The notes: generated by a model from the sequence alone, not told the origin. Shown: positions 27,307 to 37,175, numbered from the stretch's first letter. The stretch is DNA of 60,006 nucleotides from an uncultured Candidatus Peribacteria bacterium (GCA_964480115.1 CAYZOB010000075.1:1-60006), one strand, 5' to 3'. A program made the numbers and translations.

Positions 27307-27564
27307 CGTGAAAAATCCACTTGCTAGGTATGTGAGAATTGTATTGTGGGAGTATTGAAGGGATGTGTGGTTTGTTTTTTAATTCTGAGTTTTTCACTAA
27401 ATATAGTGTGGGGTGATGGTGGTGTACCTATGGATTGAGGAGGGTTTTTCAGGATTTTTGTGGCTTGTAAGGGGGTGTGGAAATGTTAGTATGTGGGTCC
27501 AAATAATTTTCATTAGGGCTGAAAATATCTGGGATTGAAGGGCTTATTTTTTATTATTTTTCCT
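27307..27564. other. Candidate oriC / dnaA regulatory region
   Basis: Strongly G+T-skewed intergenic region with six same-orientation TGTGG cores (27345, 27366, 27407, 27459, 27476, 27492). The best DnaA-box-like 9-mer is TGTGGAAAT (7/9 to TGTGGATAA). AT-rich stretch at 27371-27406. Lies immediately upstream of dnaA. Confidence 0.35.
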
Positions 27565-29001
27565 ATGACAAACAAAGAACTGTGGGTTTCTATTCTGCGC
27601 CGTCTGCAACCTACTATCAAGAAAGCGCATTTTATTACCTGGTTGCAAAATACCAATGTTAATTCTATTGAAAATGGCGTCATGAACGTAGGGGTTCCTA
27701 ATGTTTATGCCCTTAATTGGATTACTCAGCATTTTTCTTTAAAAATTTTACAGGCGGCTCAGGAACTTTCTCCGGAAATTCTGAAAGCTGAATTCAAGGT
27801 TGAATTAAGTTATGGTCAGGTTGGTGGTAATGGGGTGGATGTTAAGACTCTTTTTGCTCAGGAAACAGATAAAAAAGTGAGAAAAATCCGTAATGTAAAC
27901 GAAGTGGCGGTGGTGAAAGGTCTATCATCCGGTAAAATTATCAGTCAGGTGATGAGTCATAAATATTCTTTGGATAATTTTATAATTGGTTCCAATAATA
28001 GGCTTCCTCATGCGGCTTGTTGCGCGGTGGCCAATATGCCGGGTGGAATATATAATCCGCTTTATATATATGGCGGTGTTGGCTTGGGTAAAACTCATTT
28101 GGTTCAGGCGGTTGGTAATGAAATTTTGAGAAATTTTCCGGATAAGGTCGTGAAATACGTGACAGCGGAAAAATTTGTGACCGAAGTGGTGGAAGCTATA
28201 GGCAAGCGCAATACTAAAGCTTTTAAAGATCAGTATCGTAAAGTGGATTGTTTTCTGATGGATGATGTGCAGTTTTTTGCCAGAAAAGATTCTTCCCAGC
28301 AGGAATTTTTTCATACTTTTAATGATCTTTATGATGGCAATAAGCAGATTGTGATTACCAGTGATAGAGCGCCATCGGAATTGGACGGGATTGATGAAAG
28401 AATCAGGAGCCGTTTCGGTATGGGTATGGTGGTAGAGCTTTTGGCGCCGGATTTTGAGACCAGGTTGGCTATTTTGTATCAAAAATGTAAGGAATTTCAG
28501 GTGATAATTGATCCGGAAGTTTTGAATTTCGTGGCAACCAATGCACAGACAAGCGTGCGTGAATTGGAAGGAATTTTGCGTCAGATTATGGCGGAATCTC
28601 AGCTTTGCAATCAGGTAGCAACTATTCGTTCGGCTGCGGAGGTAATGAAAAGGATGAATAAGGCTCAAAAAATTATTGGCTATGATATTGAGGCCAGGCA
28701 GGGTCAGAGAATTGTAAAAAGTGCCGTTGATGTGCTGAATATTGTGGCGGAGTATTATAAAGTGGCTTCGGATGATATTACCGGTAAGGATAGACATTTG
28801 GGCTTAATGCTGCCGCGTCATGTGTGCATGTATTTGATTAAAAATGAGCTTGGAGAATCTTTTGAAAAAATTGGAGAAGGCTTTGGGGGCCGCAATCACA
28901 CAACGGTGATGCATGCATGCAATAAGACTGCTAAGAGGCTCCGCACAGATCTAAGATTAGTTAGGGATATAAATGCGATCAAAAGAGAAATGGGTTTATA
29001 G
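27565..29001 (+). CDS. dnaA: Chromosomal replication initiator DnaA
   Basis: MTNKELWVSILRRLQ..; Walker A GGVGLGKTHL; DDVQFF; C-terminal DNA-binding helix GGRNHTTVMHACNK. The ATG at 27565 is preferred over the TTG-type start at 27535. Confidence 0.95.
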   Translation: MTNKELWVSILRRLQPTIKKAHFITWLQNTNVNSIENGVMNVGVPNVYALNWITQHFSLKILQAAQELSPEILKAEFKVELSYGQVGGNGVDVKTLFAQETDKKVRKIRNVNEVAVVKGLSSGKIISQVMSHKYSLDNFIIGSNNRLPHAACCAVANMPGGIYNPLYIYGGVGLGKTHLVQAVGNEILRNFPDKVVKYVTAEKFVTEVVEAIGKRNTKAFKDQYRKVDCFLMDDVQFFARKDSSQQEFFHTFNDLYDGNKQIVITSDRAPSELDGIDERIRSRFGMGMVVELLAPDFETRLAILYQKCKEFQVIIDPEVLNFVATNAQTSVRELEGILRQIMAESQLCNQVATIRSAAEVMKRMNKAQKIIGYDIEARQGQRIVKSAVDVLNIVAEYYKVASDDITGKDRHLGLMLPRHVCMYLIKNELGESFEKIGEGFGGRNHTTVMHACNKTAKRLRTDLRLVRDINAIKREMGL

Positions 29002-29044
29002 AAATGCTGATGACATTTTTTGTCTACTGCTTTAATATGGTTTT

Positions 29045-30349
29045 GTGTACCAACGATCACGTTATTATCAGGCGCGCAGACAGGGTCAGGCAGGCAGGGC
29101 TAATTATGTTATGCCATTTCTGATTCTTATTTGCATGGGGATCATAGGTGTTTTGCTTTTTAACTTGTGGCGTGTTTTTTCTCCTTCCGCCAATGTAAAA
29201 GCCGCTTATTTGCATATAGTCGAGGGTAGTGCTCAAATGAAAGCCTGGGGTACGGAATCGTTTTTTAATTTGAGTAATGACTCGGTGATAATGCAGGGCG
29301 ATAGAATCAGGTCTTCGGCTAATGCGAAATTTATTGTGCAATTTTTTGATGGAACTAATATGCGTCTTGGCAATAATGCCGATATGAGTTTCAATATGAT
29401 TGATGACAAAAGTGATACGCCGGAGATGGATTTGCATTTGTATGCCGGTAGCGCCTGGTTTGATGGTAATGCGAATATTGAAGTTACGATGAATAATGTG
29501 GTGATTAAGTCCAGTGGTGCAGGTATTTTTGAGCTTGAAAACAATGGTGATCAAATAGCGAGGGTGATTTCTATTTTTGATAATAATGTTTTGGATGTAG
29601 ATGTGATGGATGACAGTGGTGATAAAGTCGTAGAAACGGAGACAATTGGTATTGGTCAGCAGATTAATTTTACTAATGAAATTTTGAAGGCTTATTGGGC
29701 TCATCAAAGTCCGACGGTTCTTACTGCGATCGATGATGATTTCAAGCTTACCGATTGGTATTTATGGAATATAAAAGAGGGCGACAATCCTACCGTATTT
29801 GAGAAAACTGTTGGTCCCGGTGGAGTGGGTTTGGTGAAGGTGGAGCCGGAGGTTCTTGAAAAAAGCGCTGCTGTTTCAGCCGTTAACACAAATCAGGATG
29901 TTGCGGCTACAGGTACGGGAGATTTACCAATTGAAACTGCGGAAAAAGCTGTTGCTCCGGCTGAGGCTAAAGGGGTTTCCAAGCCTATAATAGTTTCTGT
30001 TGCCGGTGGCGTGAAGCCGGATGCACTCGGTAAATATCAAGTTACCAGTAGGGTTACAACTTTGAGTGGCACGATTAAGGGTGCGGATAAGGTGGTGGTA
30101 AATGGTTATACTTTGACTAAATTTAAAGCAGGGGATTCGAGTTGGAGTTATTTTGCCAATGCTGATTTTGATTTAATGAAGGCCGGTGAAAATGTTTATG
30201 AGGTTTATGGCCTGGATGTGGAGGGCAAAAAGGGAGAAAGCCTGGTTTTGAAAGTTTTTTATACGCCACAAGCGGTGGCTCCGGCTCCAGCGCCTAGCCC
30301 GATCGGTACTCCTGCGCCTGCAAAAGATTCTGTTAAGGCTGGGGCGTGA
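29045..30349 (+). CDS. Membrane-anchored FecR-domain-like protein with an Ala/Pro-rich C-terminus
   Basis: N-terminal TM (FLILICMGIIGVLLF). FecR-like beta segment (HIVEGSAQMKAWG..VIMQGDRIRSSANAKFIVQFFDGTNMRLGNNADMSF). Ig-like C-terminal part. Start is GTG 29045, or ATG 29111. Confidence 0.6.
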   Translation: MYQRSRYYQARRQGQAGRANYVMPFLILICMGIIGVLLFNLWRVFSPSANVKAAYLHIVEGSAQMKAWGTESFFNLSNDSVIMQGDRIRSSANAKFIVQFFDGTNMRLGNNADMSFNMIDDKSDTPEMDLHLYAGSAWFDGNANIEVTMNNVVIKSSGAGIFELENNGDQIARVISIFDNNVLDVDVMDDSGDKVVETETIGIGQQINFTNEILKAYWAHQSPTVLTAIDDDFKLTDWYLWNIKEGDNPTVFEKTVGPGGVGLVKVEPEVLEKSAAVSAVNTNQDVAATGTGDLPIETAEKAVAPAEAKGVSKPIIVSVAGGVKPDALGKYQVTSRVTTLSGTIKGADKVVVNGYTLTKFKAGDSSWSYFANADFDLMKAGENVYEVYGLDVEGKKGESLVLKVFYTPQAVAPAPAPSPIGTPAPAKDSVKAGA

Positions 30350-30973
30350 AGGGTGCCAATCTGACTGATATGCCTGTGAATTATGGTCTTGTCTAATTCT
30401 GATCTGTTAATTTGCAACGGTGCGTTTTATTCCGGAATGGTGGCACTATATGCAATAATTCCAGAACAAAATGCATTCCTGGGAAGTCTTCTGATAGTGT
30501 GACTTACCTCTGGTTATGCATATGGCACTCACTAAAACAGTGAACGTCATTTGCCCGATTCCTTATCAATTAGCCTTGGAGGGTAAGGGCAGACGTATTT
30601 TGTCGCTTGACGAAATGGAATCATTAGCAACTCCTGAAATAACTAGATTTTTGTGTAGATGCATTTTTTTCAGAAAGTTTCGAGTTGTATAGCCTAACAG
30701 TTGCAGGGCATTTCCCTAGTATTCCAGATAAGCTGTTCGAGACTTGAATGGCTTATCTAAGCTATTTTTAAGGCATAAATCTGTCCACGAGGGATGCTTC
30801 GCTATGCGCGCGCACACTTTTTTGTAATAGTTTTGACTGGAAGGCAAATTCATTGTTGAATTCCAAATCGAATTCCTCTTTCTCCTTTGCGCCCTCAGGT
30901 ATTAGGATTTGTTCGTTTGAGAAATTCTATCTTGATATATATAAATTGCATTTCAACTACAGCAGCCTGGATT

Positions 30974-32011
30974 CTAATTCAAATACTTAACTCGATTTGC
31001 ATTATGTTCCTCATTGCTTTTGGCGTAAATTACTTTGCCGGTGTCGAGGGTGGTGAGGTAGAACCAGTAATCGCTGGAAGTGGGAAACATCGCGGCTTCT
31101 ATGCTGTTGATACTGGGATTGGAGATTGGACCTGGGGGCAAGCCGAGATTTTTACGAGTGTTATATGGGGAATTGAGGGCCAGATCTTTGCTGTCAATTT
31201 TGCGGTCATCTGTTATGTATAATAAAGTGGCGTCGGCGCCCAGAGACCAGCCGCTTTCCAACCTTTTCCATAAAATTCCCGAAACTGTTTTTCTATCTGG
31301 CGTACTGCGAACTTCATTTTCGATGATAGAGGCCATGGTGATAATTTGTTGAATAGTATGCCGTTTAATTTGCGGCTGAAGTTTGGCAAACTTTTTCTCG
31401 AAATTGTTGAGCATTATAGTGATGACGCTTTCCGGTGTAAAATTTTCCGAATCTAAAAAATAAGTGTCGGGATAGAGGTATCCTTCCAGAGGCAATGCCA
31501 ATTTTGAGAGCGTATTTTTGTCTAAAAATGAATAATTCCCCCAGCTATTGAAATTTTTCACAGCTTTAAGAAATTCCCCGGCTTGAATTAAATCCAGCTC
31601 GACCAGCTTCTCATCAATATCTTTAATGGTAAGCCCTTCTTGAACGGTAAGGATGTATTCGGCTTTGGCTGGATTACTGAGAGATTTCAGTATATCCGGA
31701 GTGTTCATGGTTTTCGTGAGAATAAAACGACCGGCAATGATGTTTTCGCCCAAATGATTCAGTTTGGCATAAAGGTAAAAGCTATAAGAACTTTTTATGA
31801 GTTTCTTCTTTTCCAGATTATTCGCTATCTCTTTGACGCTTTGGCCTTTTTTCACTTGAAAGGAAATTGATCTGTTGTCGTTTTTATCAACCGGACTATG
31901 TATGTAGAAACTGTATTTAATGTAAGCCAATAGTAAGGCAATAATAACAATTATCGGTATTGACAAAAGTCGATAAAATCTCCTGTTTTTGTGATAGCTA
32001 AGGTTATTCAA
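30974..32011 (-). CDS. mltG: Endolytic murein transglycosylase MltG (YceG family)
   Basis: N-terminal TM. ASIIENEV.., GADATLLY, SPYNTRKNLGLPPGPISNPSINSIEAA are YceG hallmarks. Confidence 0.9.
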   Translation of the reverse strand: MNNLSYHKNRRFYRLLSIPIIVIIALLLAYIKYSFYIHSPVDKNDNRSISFQVKKGQSVKEIANNLEKKKLIKSSYSFYLYAKLNHLGENIIAGRFILTKTMNTPDILKSLSNPAKAEYILTVQEGLTIKDIDEKLVELDLIQAGEFLKAVKNFNSWGNYSFLDKNTLSKLALPLEGYLYPDTYFLDSENFTPESVITIMLNNFEKKFAKLQPQIKRHTIQQIITMASIIENEVRSTPDRKTVSGILWKRLESGWSLGADATLLYITDDRKIDSKDLALNSPYNTRKNLGLPPGPISNPSINSIEAAMFPTSSDYWFYLTTLDTGKVIYAKSNEEHNANRVKYLN

Positions 32012-32040
32012 ACGAGGGTAGAATAATTTTTTATACCAAT

Positions 32041-32334
32041 TTATCCAGTCATTCCGGGTAAATTCATTTCGCCCATGATATCTTTCATAAGTTCGGCACC
32101 GATTTGTTGAGATTTTTTTACAGCCTTATTCATGCAGTTGACCAGGTTTTTTTCCAGAGTCTTTTTGTCTTGCAGGCATTCATCCGTCAGATGAACTTCT
32201 ATAACTTCCTGTTCACCATTGATAATTACCGACACTCCTTCATTTTCAGCTTCAATATGGGTGTTTCCTAGTTTTTCCTTAATTTCTCGAGCTTGCTTCT
32301 GTAGCTTATAGAGATTTTTTGCCTTATCGAACAT
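32041..32334 (-). CDS. ybaB: YbaB/EbfC family nucleoid-associated protein
   Basis: 97 aa; NLYKLQKQAREIKEKL..EAENEGVSVIINGEQEVIEVHL..; tail MNLPGMTG. Confidence 0.85.
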   Translation of the reverse strand: MFDKAKNLYKLQKQAREIKEKLGNTHIEAENEGVSVIINGEQEVIEVHLTDECLQDKKTLEKNLVNCMNKAVKKSQQIGAELMKDIMGEMNLPGMTG

Positions 32335-32464
32335 ATTGTTAGAGTTAAATGATTTGATTTGGATACGATGTTTTGTTTGATTGACCTGCTGATTTTAGCA
32401 AAAAGTATTGCGTTGATAAAGGCTTTCGGCTAGACTGGGCGGGCAATTTAATCTTGAAGCATAT

Positions 32465-33151
32465 ATGGATACAATGGTTTTGGAAGTACAAAGTAGAAAT
32501 ACTAATCTGAAGGGTAAGTCTTTACGACTTCAGAATTTATTGCCGGCAGAATTTTATGGTAGTGGCGTGAAGAATCTGTCTTTACAGATGAATTATGGTA
32601 ATTTTCGCCGTCTTTTTAAGACAGCGGGTAGAAACACGGTTATTGAGCTTAATCTTGAGGGCAAAGAGAAGCATAATGTTCTGGTTCATGATATTCAGCG
32701 TGATCCTATCTCCGATGAAATTATTCATGTAGATTTTATCAATGTGAGAATGGATAAAGTGATTCATGCCAAGATTCCATTGAAATTTACAGGTGTTGCG
32801 CCTGCGGTGAAGGAAATGAGTGGAATTTTGACTTATAACCTGGATGAAATTGACGTGAAGTGTTTACCAAAAGATTTGATTCCTTCTATTGAAGTGAGTG
32901 TTGATTCAATTGTGAATTTTCACAGCTATGTGCGCGTGAAAGATTTGGCTGTTCCTGCGGGAGTTACTGTTCTTAATCCTCCGGACGAAGTGGTGGTAAC
33001 CGCTGTAGCACCTAAGGAAGAGGAAGAGATTGCTCCGGTTGCCACTGCTGCAGCGGATGTACCTTTGGCTGGTGCTGCTCCTGTAGATGCGGCTGGTACG
33101 GCTGATGCTCCTGCGGCTGCTGCGACTCCGGCTCCAAAAGCTAAAAAATAG
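32465..33151 (+). CDS. rplY: 50S ribosomal protein L25/Ctc with an Ala/Pro-rich tail
   Basis: LRLQNLLPAEFYG...NVLVHDIQRDPISDEIIHVDFINV; two-domain Ctc form; C-terminal APVATAAADVPLAGAAP.. Confidence 0.87.
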   Translation: MDTMVLEVQSRNTNLKGKSLRLQNLLPAEFYGSGVKNLSLQMNYGNFRRLFKTAGRNTVIELNLEGKEKHNVLVHDIQRDPISDEIIHVDFINVRMDKVIHAKIPLKFTGVAPAVKEMSGILTYNLDEIDVKCLPKDLIPSIEVSVDSIVNFHSYVRVKDLAVPAGVTVLNPPDEVVVTAVAPKEEEEIAPVATAAADVPLAGAAPVDAAGTADAPAAAATPAPKAKK

Positions 33152-33233
33152 ATTTCCATTTCGTGGAAGAGGTTGTTTTTTGTTTGAATTTAGTTATATA
33201 ATGTTTGGCGGTTTAACCTTATCCTATTTTATT

Positions 33234-33698
33234 ATGAAAAAATTTCTATCTTTAGCAGTCGTTGTTTTGGTGGCCATTGGTTTAGCTGGTTGTATTGGTT
33301 CAAAGCGCGATGTGGCAAAATTTTCTATAACTATGAATGATGCGACCGGCATCGCTGTGGTATCTTTTGTGCCGGATTATGGTAAGCGCACGTTGTCCGT
33401 AGATTACAAAAATGATAGTTTTGACAAAAAACAGCAAAGCGTTGCTACTACCGGCCAGATTGGCGGGGATAATTTTGATAAATTCGAAGCGATGGTGAAA
33501 ATTGTCAGAAATTATAAGGTGATTGAGGGGAGCATTGTTGATGAGAAAAAGCCTAATCTTTCCGCCAGGATTGAGGATAAGGATAAAAATAATGTTAGCA
33601 TGAAAGTGGGAATTGAGAATCCCGATCAGAATGTTAAAGAATTAATGGATTTTTATTATTTCATTATACAATTACTGACAGGGGCTACTCACGTTTGA
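33234..33698 (+). CDS. Hypothetical lipoprotein
   Basis: MKKFLSLAVVVLVAIGLAGC lipobox. The upstream extension to 33087 overlaps rplY and is rejected. Confidence 0.6.
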   Translation: MKKFLSLAVVVLVAIGLAGCIGSKRDVAKFSITMNDATGIAVVSFVPDYGKRTLSVDYKNDSFDKKQQSVATTGQIGGDNFDKFEAMVKIVRNYKVIEGSIVDEKKPNLSARIEDKDKNNVSMKVGIENPDQNVKELMDFYYFIIQLLTGATHV

Positions 33699-33722
33699 TA
33701 ATTATTCAATAAGCTAAAAATA

Positions 33723-34298
33723 ATGGTGGATGAAATCAAGGATGCTATTGAAGTTTTAAAATTTAATAAGCCTGTAATGGCTGCCGTAGCCAATAGACCT
33801 TCCGCTGTAATGTCGGGTTTTGTTATTTTGGCGGTGCCGATTGTAGTGAATCTGCTTTTGTCTTCAATGCTTTTTCCTTCCGGATTTGGTTCGCTTTTTT
33901 CGAGGTTTCTTTTTTGGCCGAGGGTTATTCCTTCATTGGCTTTGGTTGGGGCGATTTTTGCCATGAGTTATGGAGCTGAAAGAATATTTGACAGTAAGCA
34001 TGGGCATTGGGCTTTTTTTAAAGTTTTGTCCTATGCTTCAATATTCTTGTGGTTGACCGTGGTACCTTTTGTCTTGGCATTGACTGGAATGATTGATCCT
34101 GCCGGACTTTCAAATTTGTTATGGATGGTCGGAGTGATTTGGATATTTGTAGTTGCTTATCATTTATTTTTAGAATGGGGGAAAATCTCCAGCCAGAATG
34201 CCGTGAAAGTGGTGGTTGCGGGAGTGATTGCCTATATGCTTTTTCAGTTTATCTTAGGGAGAATGTTGGTGGGCAGCTATTTTCGTATGATGTATTAA
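33723..34298 (+). CDS. Polytopic membrane protein (Yip1-like topology)
   Basis: 191 aa, about 5 TM after a short soluble N-terminus. The family assignment is tentative. Confidence 0.55.
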   Translation: MVDEIKDAIEVLKFNKPVMAAVANRPSAVMSGFVILAVPIVVNLLLSSMLFPSGFGSLFSRFLFWPRVIPSLALVGAIFAMSYGAERIFDSKHGHWAFFKVLSYASIFLWLTVVPFVLALTGMIDPAGLSNLLWMVGVIWIFVVAYHLFLEWGKISSQNAVKVVVAGVIAYMLFQFILGRMLVGSYFRMMY

Positions 34299-35326
34299 AA
34301 ACTTTCGTCTATTTGTGGTTCGTCGGTATCGTTAACCGCTTCTTGCATCACCGGCGTGCCATCGGGATTTGTGGCTGCCGGAGGAGTTTGGATAGTGATT
34401 GTTGGATCATTGTAGAAAGCTTTGATTCTGTTTTGGCGCTCGTTATTCATTGAAAAGTCGTTGGTTGCCTGGAAACTGCGTTGATATGGGCCGAAAACTA
34501 TTGATTCGTCAAAGGCTTCATTGATTTGCCAGGCAATTTCTGAGCGAATTGAGAGAAAATTGGATGGTACAGGTACCCAAAATTTAGCTTTTACTATTAA
34601 ACAATTATTTTGAAAAGCTTTGAAAACTATAGAAAATTTAGGATTTTTGAGGACTAAAGCATTGTTTTCCAGAATTTTTGTGATAATTTTAGTCATTTTT
34701 TGAACATCGGTGCCGTAACCCAGACTAACGTCTATTTCCAGACGACGCATGTTGTGGCGGGAATAGTTTTCTATCGATTGGGACATGATATCGGAATTGT
34801 AAATAGTGACATCGCGATGGTCGAAAGTTTTGAGGCTGGTGGATTGAAATTCCATTTTGTCCACTCGTCCTACATATTGTTTGATTTTTACGATGTCGCC
34901 GATTCTGAAGGGAGCTTTGATGAAAATAAGGATTCCGGCTACATAATTTTGAATTATATCTTTTAAAGCGTAACTTAGTCCCAAAAGTCCGACTCCTACG
35001 AAGATGCTGATATCGATACCAATGATTTTTAGTGCGATGGTCATGCCTATAACCATGACAAAGCCTACAAGTAGTTTTTCCACCACATTAAGGGCGGTAC
35101 GTTGCTGCTCATGCTGGGTTTCCATCTTGGCGATGTATTTTTTGACCCAATGGATGATCAGGAACATAATTAGCAGCACTATGGTTGCTTCGATCACTTC
35201 AATAAATTTATTGAAGATAGCGCCACTGATATTGTTCAAATCAATATCGCCCGCCTTTGTCAGGTTTTTACCTTCACTGGCGAGTTGAGTGCTGTTTAAA
35301 TTGTTGTTTAGGCTGCTCGAAGCCAT
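34295..35326 (-). CDS. Mechanosensitive ion channel (MscS family)
   Basis: TM3 and beta-domain signature LKDIIQNYVAGILIFIKAPFRIGDIVKI..VGRVDKMEFQSTSLKTFDHRDVTIYNSDI. Confidence 0.87.
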   Translation of the reverse strand: MASSSLNNNLNSTQLASEGKNLTKAGDIDLNNISGAIFNKFIEVIEATIVLLIMFLIIHWVKKYIAKMETQHEQQRTALNVVEKLLVGFVMVIGMTIALKIIGIDISIFVGVGLLGLSYALKDIIQNYVAGILIFIKAPFRIGDIVKIKQYVGRVDKMEFQSTSLKTFDHRDVTIYNSDIMSQSIENYSRHNMRRLEIDVSLGYGTDVQKMTKIITKILENNALVLKNPKFSIVFKAFQNNCLIVKAKFWVPVPSNFLSIRSEIAWQINEAFDESIVFGPYQRSFQATNDFSMNNERQNRIKAFYNDPTITIQTPPAATNPDGTPVMQEAVNDTDEPQIDESF

Positions 35327-35432
35327 ATTTTTTTGGTTTTATCTGATAATTCTAGCATATTTCTTCAGTTTTTACCATGCTTTATTTCGTAGTGGTTTTA
35401 TGGTATAATTTTGAGATACTTTACAAGTAAAA

Positions 35433-37115
35433 ATGGCTGATAATACGCAAAATTCAGGAGGTCAAAATGGTCAAGGAAGCAATGCCGGTGATGATGGGCG
35501 CGACCAGAATGGTCAGAGCAAGAAAATTGAAAAGGAAACGGGTGATCCGGCTACCAATATTTGGCATAAGATTCAGCAGGGTGCTGCAGCTAAAGAAAAA
35601 ATGGGTGATTTTAAGCAGCAGCTGGGTGAGCCAGAGGCCGTACCTAAAAAAAGACGTCGTAGGCGTCGCAAAAAAAAGTATAACCCTGATGGAGTTCCAA
35701 AAAAAATCGATCAGCCAAAACAGCAGGGTCAACAAGTTAAAGAGCTCAATGAGCCGAAGAAAGATTTCGCATTGCCGGTAAATAAATTTGATGATGGCGA
35801 TAAAGATAATTTTCAGGAAATTACGCCTTTTGTAGCTGAAGAACCTCAGCCTGTTGTTGAGGCAATTGTACCAAATCCGCCTGTCGCTCCAATTAATCCT
35901 TTTGATTTCAATCCGGAACCCAAGCATGATTCTGCTGAACCATCATTGCCTTCTTCGACCTATGTTAATAACTATGGCCTGAAGAGTAAAAATGGTCAGG
36001 AGCCGGAAGTAAAACCTGTTAACCCTTTTGACAACAAAGAGACTGCTTTAGTGCAGCCAATGATGTCGACGGATCAAATTGTTGAGGAGGAAGAAAAAGA
36101 GTCACCTGAAGATACCGGTGAATCTGTTGAATTTCAGGCCGTGAATACCGGTGATTCGGTGGAAACGCCTAAGCGTGATGATGATGAAAAGGTCGAAAAA
36201 AAAGATGATGTAATAGAAGTAAAAGCGGAGGAGATTAAAGAAAGAAAAATTGAACCGGTTTTCCCTGATAAAGAAGATCTGTGGACTGTTCTTGAGCATG
36301 CGGGCATTACCAAGAAAAAGTTGATTGTTTTTGGGATTATTATTGCAATTTTGCTTGCCGGTGGTTTGTTTTTTATTTTTGGCGGAAGGAGTCTTTTTTC
36401 TGTCGCAAAAAATAATGAGCCGGTTGTGGTTATAGAGCAATCGGTTGTTACGCCAGTCATCGATCAACGTCCTTATGACGTTATTTCTTCTTTTATTTTT
36501 GGTTTGGAATTTAAACCGCCAGAATTGATTCAGGTTCAGCCGATTAATAGTTTTGGAGATATTGGTGGCGTGGATAGTGCTCTTATTTTCGGTAAAATAG
36601 CTAATCTTAAAGAGGAGCAATTTGTGGAATACGTGAAGCTTTTGGAACAGATGAATAATGTTTATAATGTGGATCTTTACAGCATGCTTAATTTGGCTGT
36701 GGATAGACGTGCGTCTTTGAATAAGTATCTGCAAGATCTGGATGCTTTAATTAATAATTCGATGGAGGCTTTAACCAATATTCAGGCTCATTTATTGCAG
36801 CTGAATGAGCAATATGATGTTACGAGTCAACAGGCTGCTCTGTATGAAGCTGGATTTTCCAATTATGTTAGAAATTATTACGGACAAACCGCTTATGATA
36901 ATTTGAAATTTTTTATGGATACTTCCAACCAGGCTTCTAAAATAAAAGCTCAATATGGTGCTGAAAATATTCTGAAAACCATGTTTATTAATTCTTTGAA
37001 TGCTTTAAGGCCGCGTTATCGTGATGTTGCTGCCAATACCGAAGCGTTGATTCAGGGTGTTAAAGTCTTTGATGTCAAGAATTCCAGCATCAATGCAATT
37101 ATTCCAATTCAGTGA
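35433..37115 (+). CDS. Hypothetical single-pass membrane protein with a disordered, basic N-terminal half
   Basis: 560 aa. Low-complexity N-terminus (QNGQGSNAGDDG.., KKRRRRRRKKKY). One TM (LIVFGIIIAILLAGGLFFIFGG). Helical C-terminal domain of about 240 aa. Confidence 0.6.
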   Translation: MADNTQNSGGQNGQGSNAGDDGRDQNGQSKKIEKETGDPATNIWHKIQQGAAAKEKMGDFKQQLGEPEAVPKKRRRRRRKKKYNPDGVPKKIDQPKQQGQQVKELNEPKKDFALPVNKFDDGDKDNFQEITPFVAEEPQPVVEAIVPNPPVAPINPFDFNPEPKHDSAEPSLPSSTYVNNYGLKSKNGQEPEVKPVNPFDNKETALVQPMMSTDQIVEEEEKESPEDTGESVEFQAVNTGDSVETPKRDDDEKVEKKDDVIEVKAEEIKERKIEPVFPDKEDLWTVLEHAGITKKKLIVFGIIIAILLAGGLFFIFGGRSLFSVAKNNEPVVVIEQSVVTPVIDQRPYDVISSFIFGLEFKPPELIQVQPINSFGDIGGVDSALIFGKIANLKEEQFVEYVKLLEQMNNVYNVDLYSMLNLAVDRRASLNKYLQDLDALINNSMEALTNIQAHLLQLNEQYDVTSQQAALYEAGFSNYVRNYYGQTAYDNLKFFMDTSNQASKIKAQYGAENILKTMFINSLNALRPRYRDVAANTEALIQGVKVFDVKNSSINAIIPIQ

Positions 37116-37175
37116 ACTCTATAATGAAAGTGAAATCTGAAATCTTGTAGTCAGACAGGAGGATTTGCTTTATAA

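Noticed and set aside
27925-28797. 290-aa ORF on the minus strand inside dnaA. Similar long antisense ORFs occur at 29057..29707, 36102..36734, 42297..42866, 15491..15967, 17510..17980, 48490..49116 and 57468..57950.
   Set aside because: All lie antisense to ORFs with strong family signatures or clear repeat architecture. Their translations are low-complexity and rich in residues atypical for this proteome (H, R, C, P runs). They are shadow ORFs created by the codon bias of the real gene.
33087-33233. N-terminal extension of the lipoprotein ORF overlapping rplY.
   Set aside because: The extension (MRLVRLMLLRLLRLRLQ..) is the out-of-frame reading of the Ala/Pro-rich rplY tail. A canonical signal peptide with a lipobox starts at 33234.
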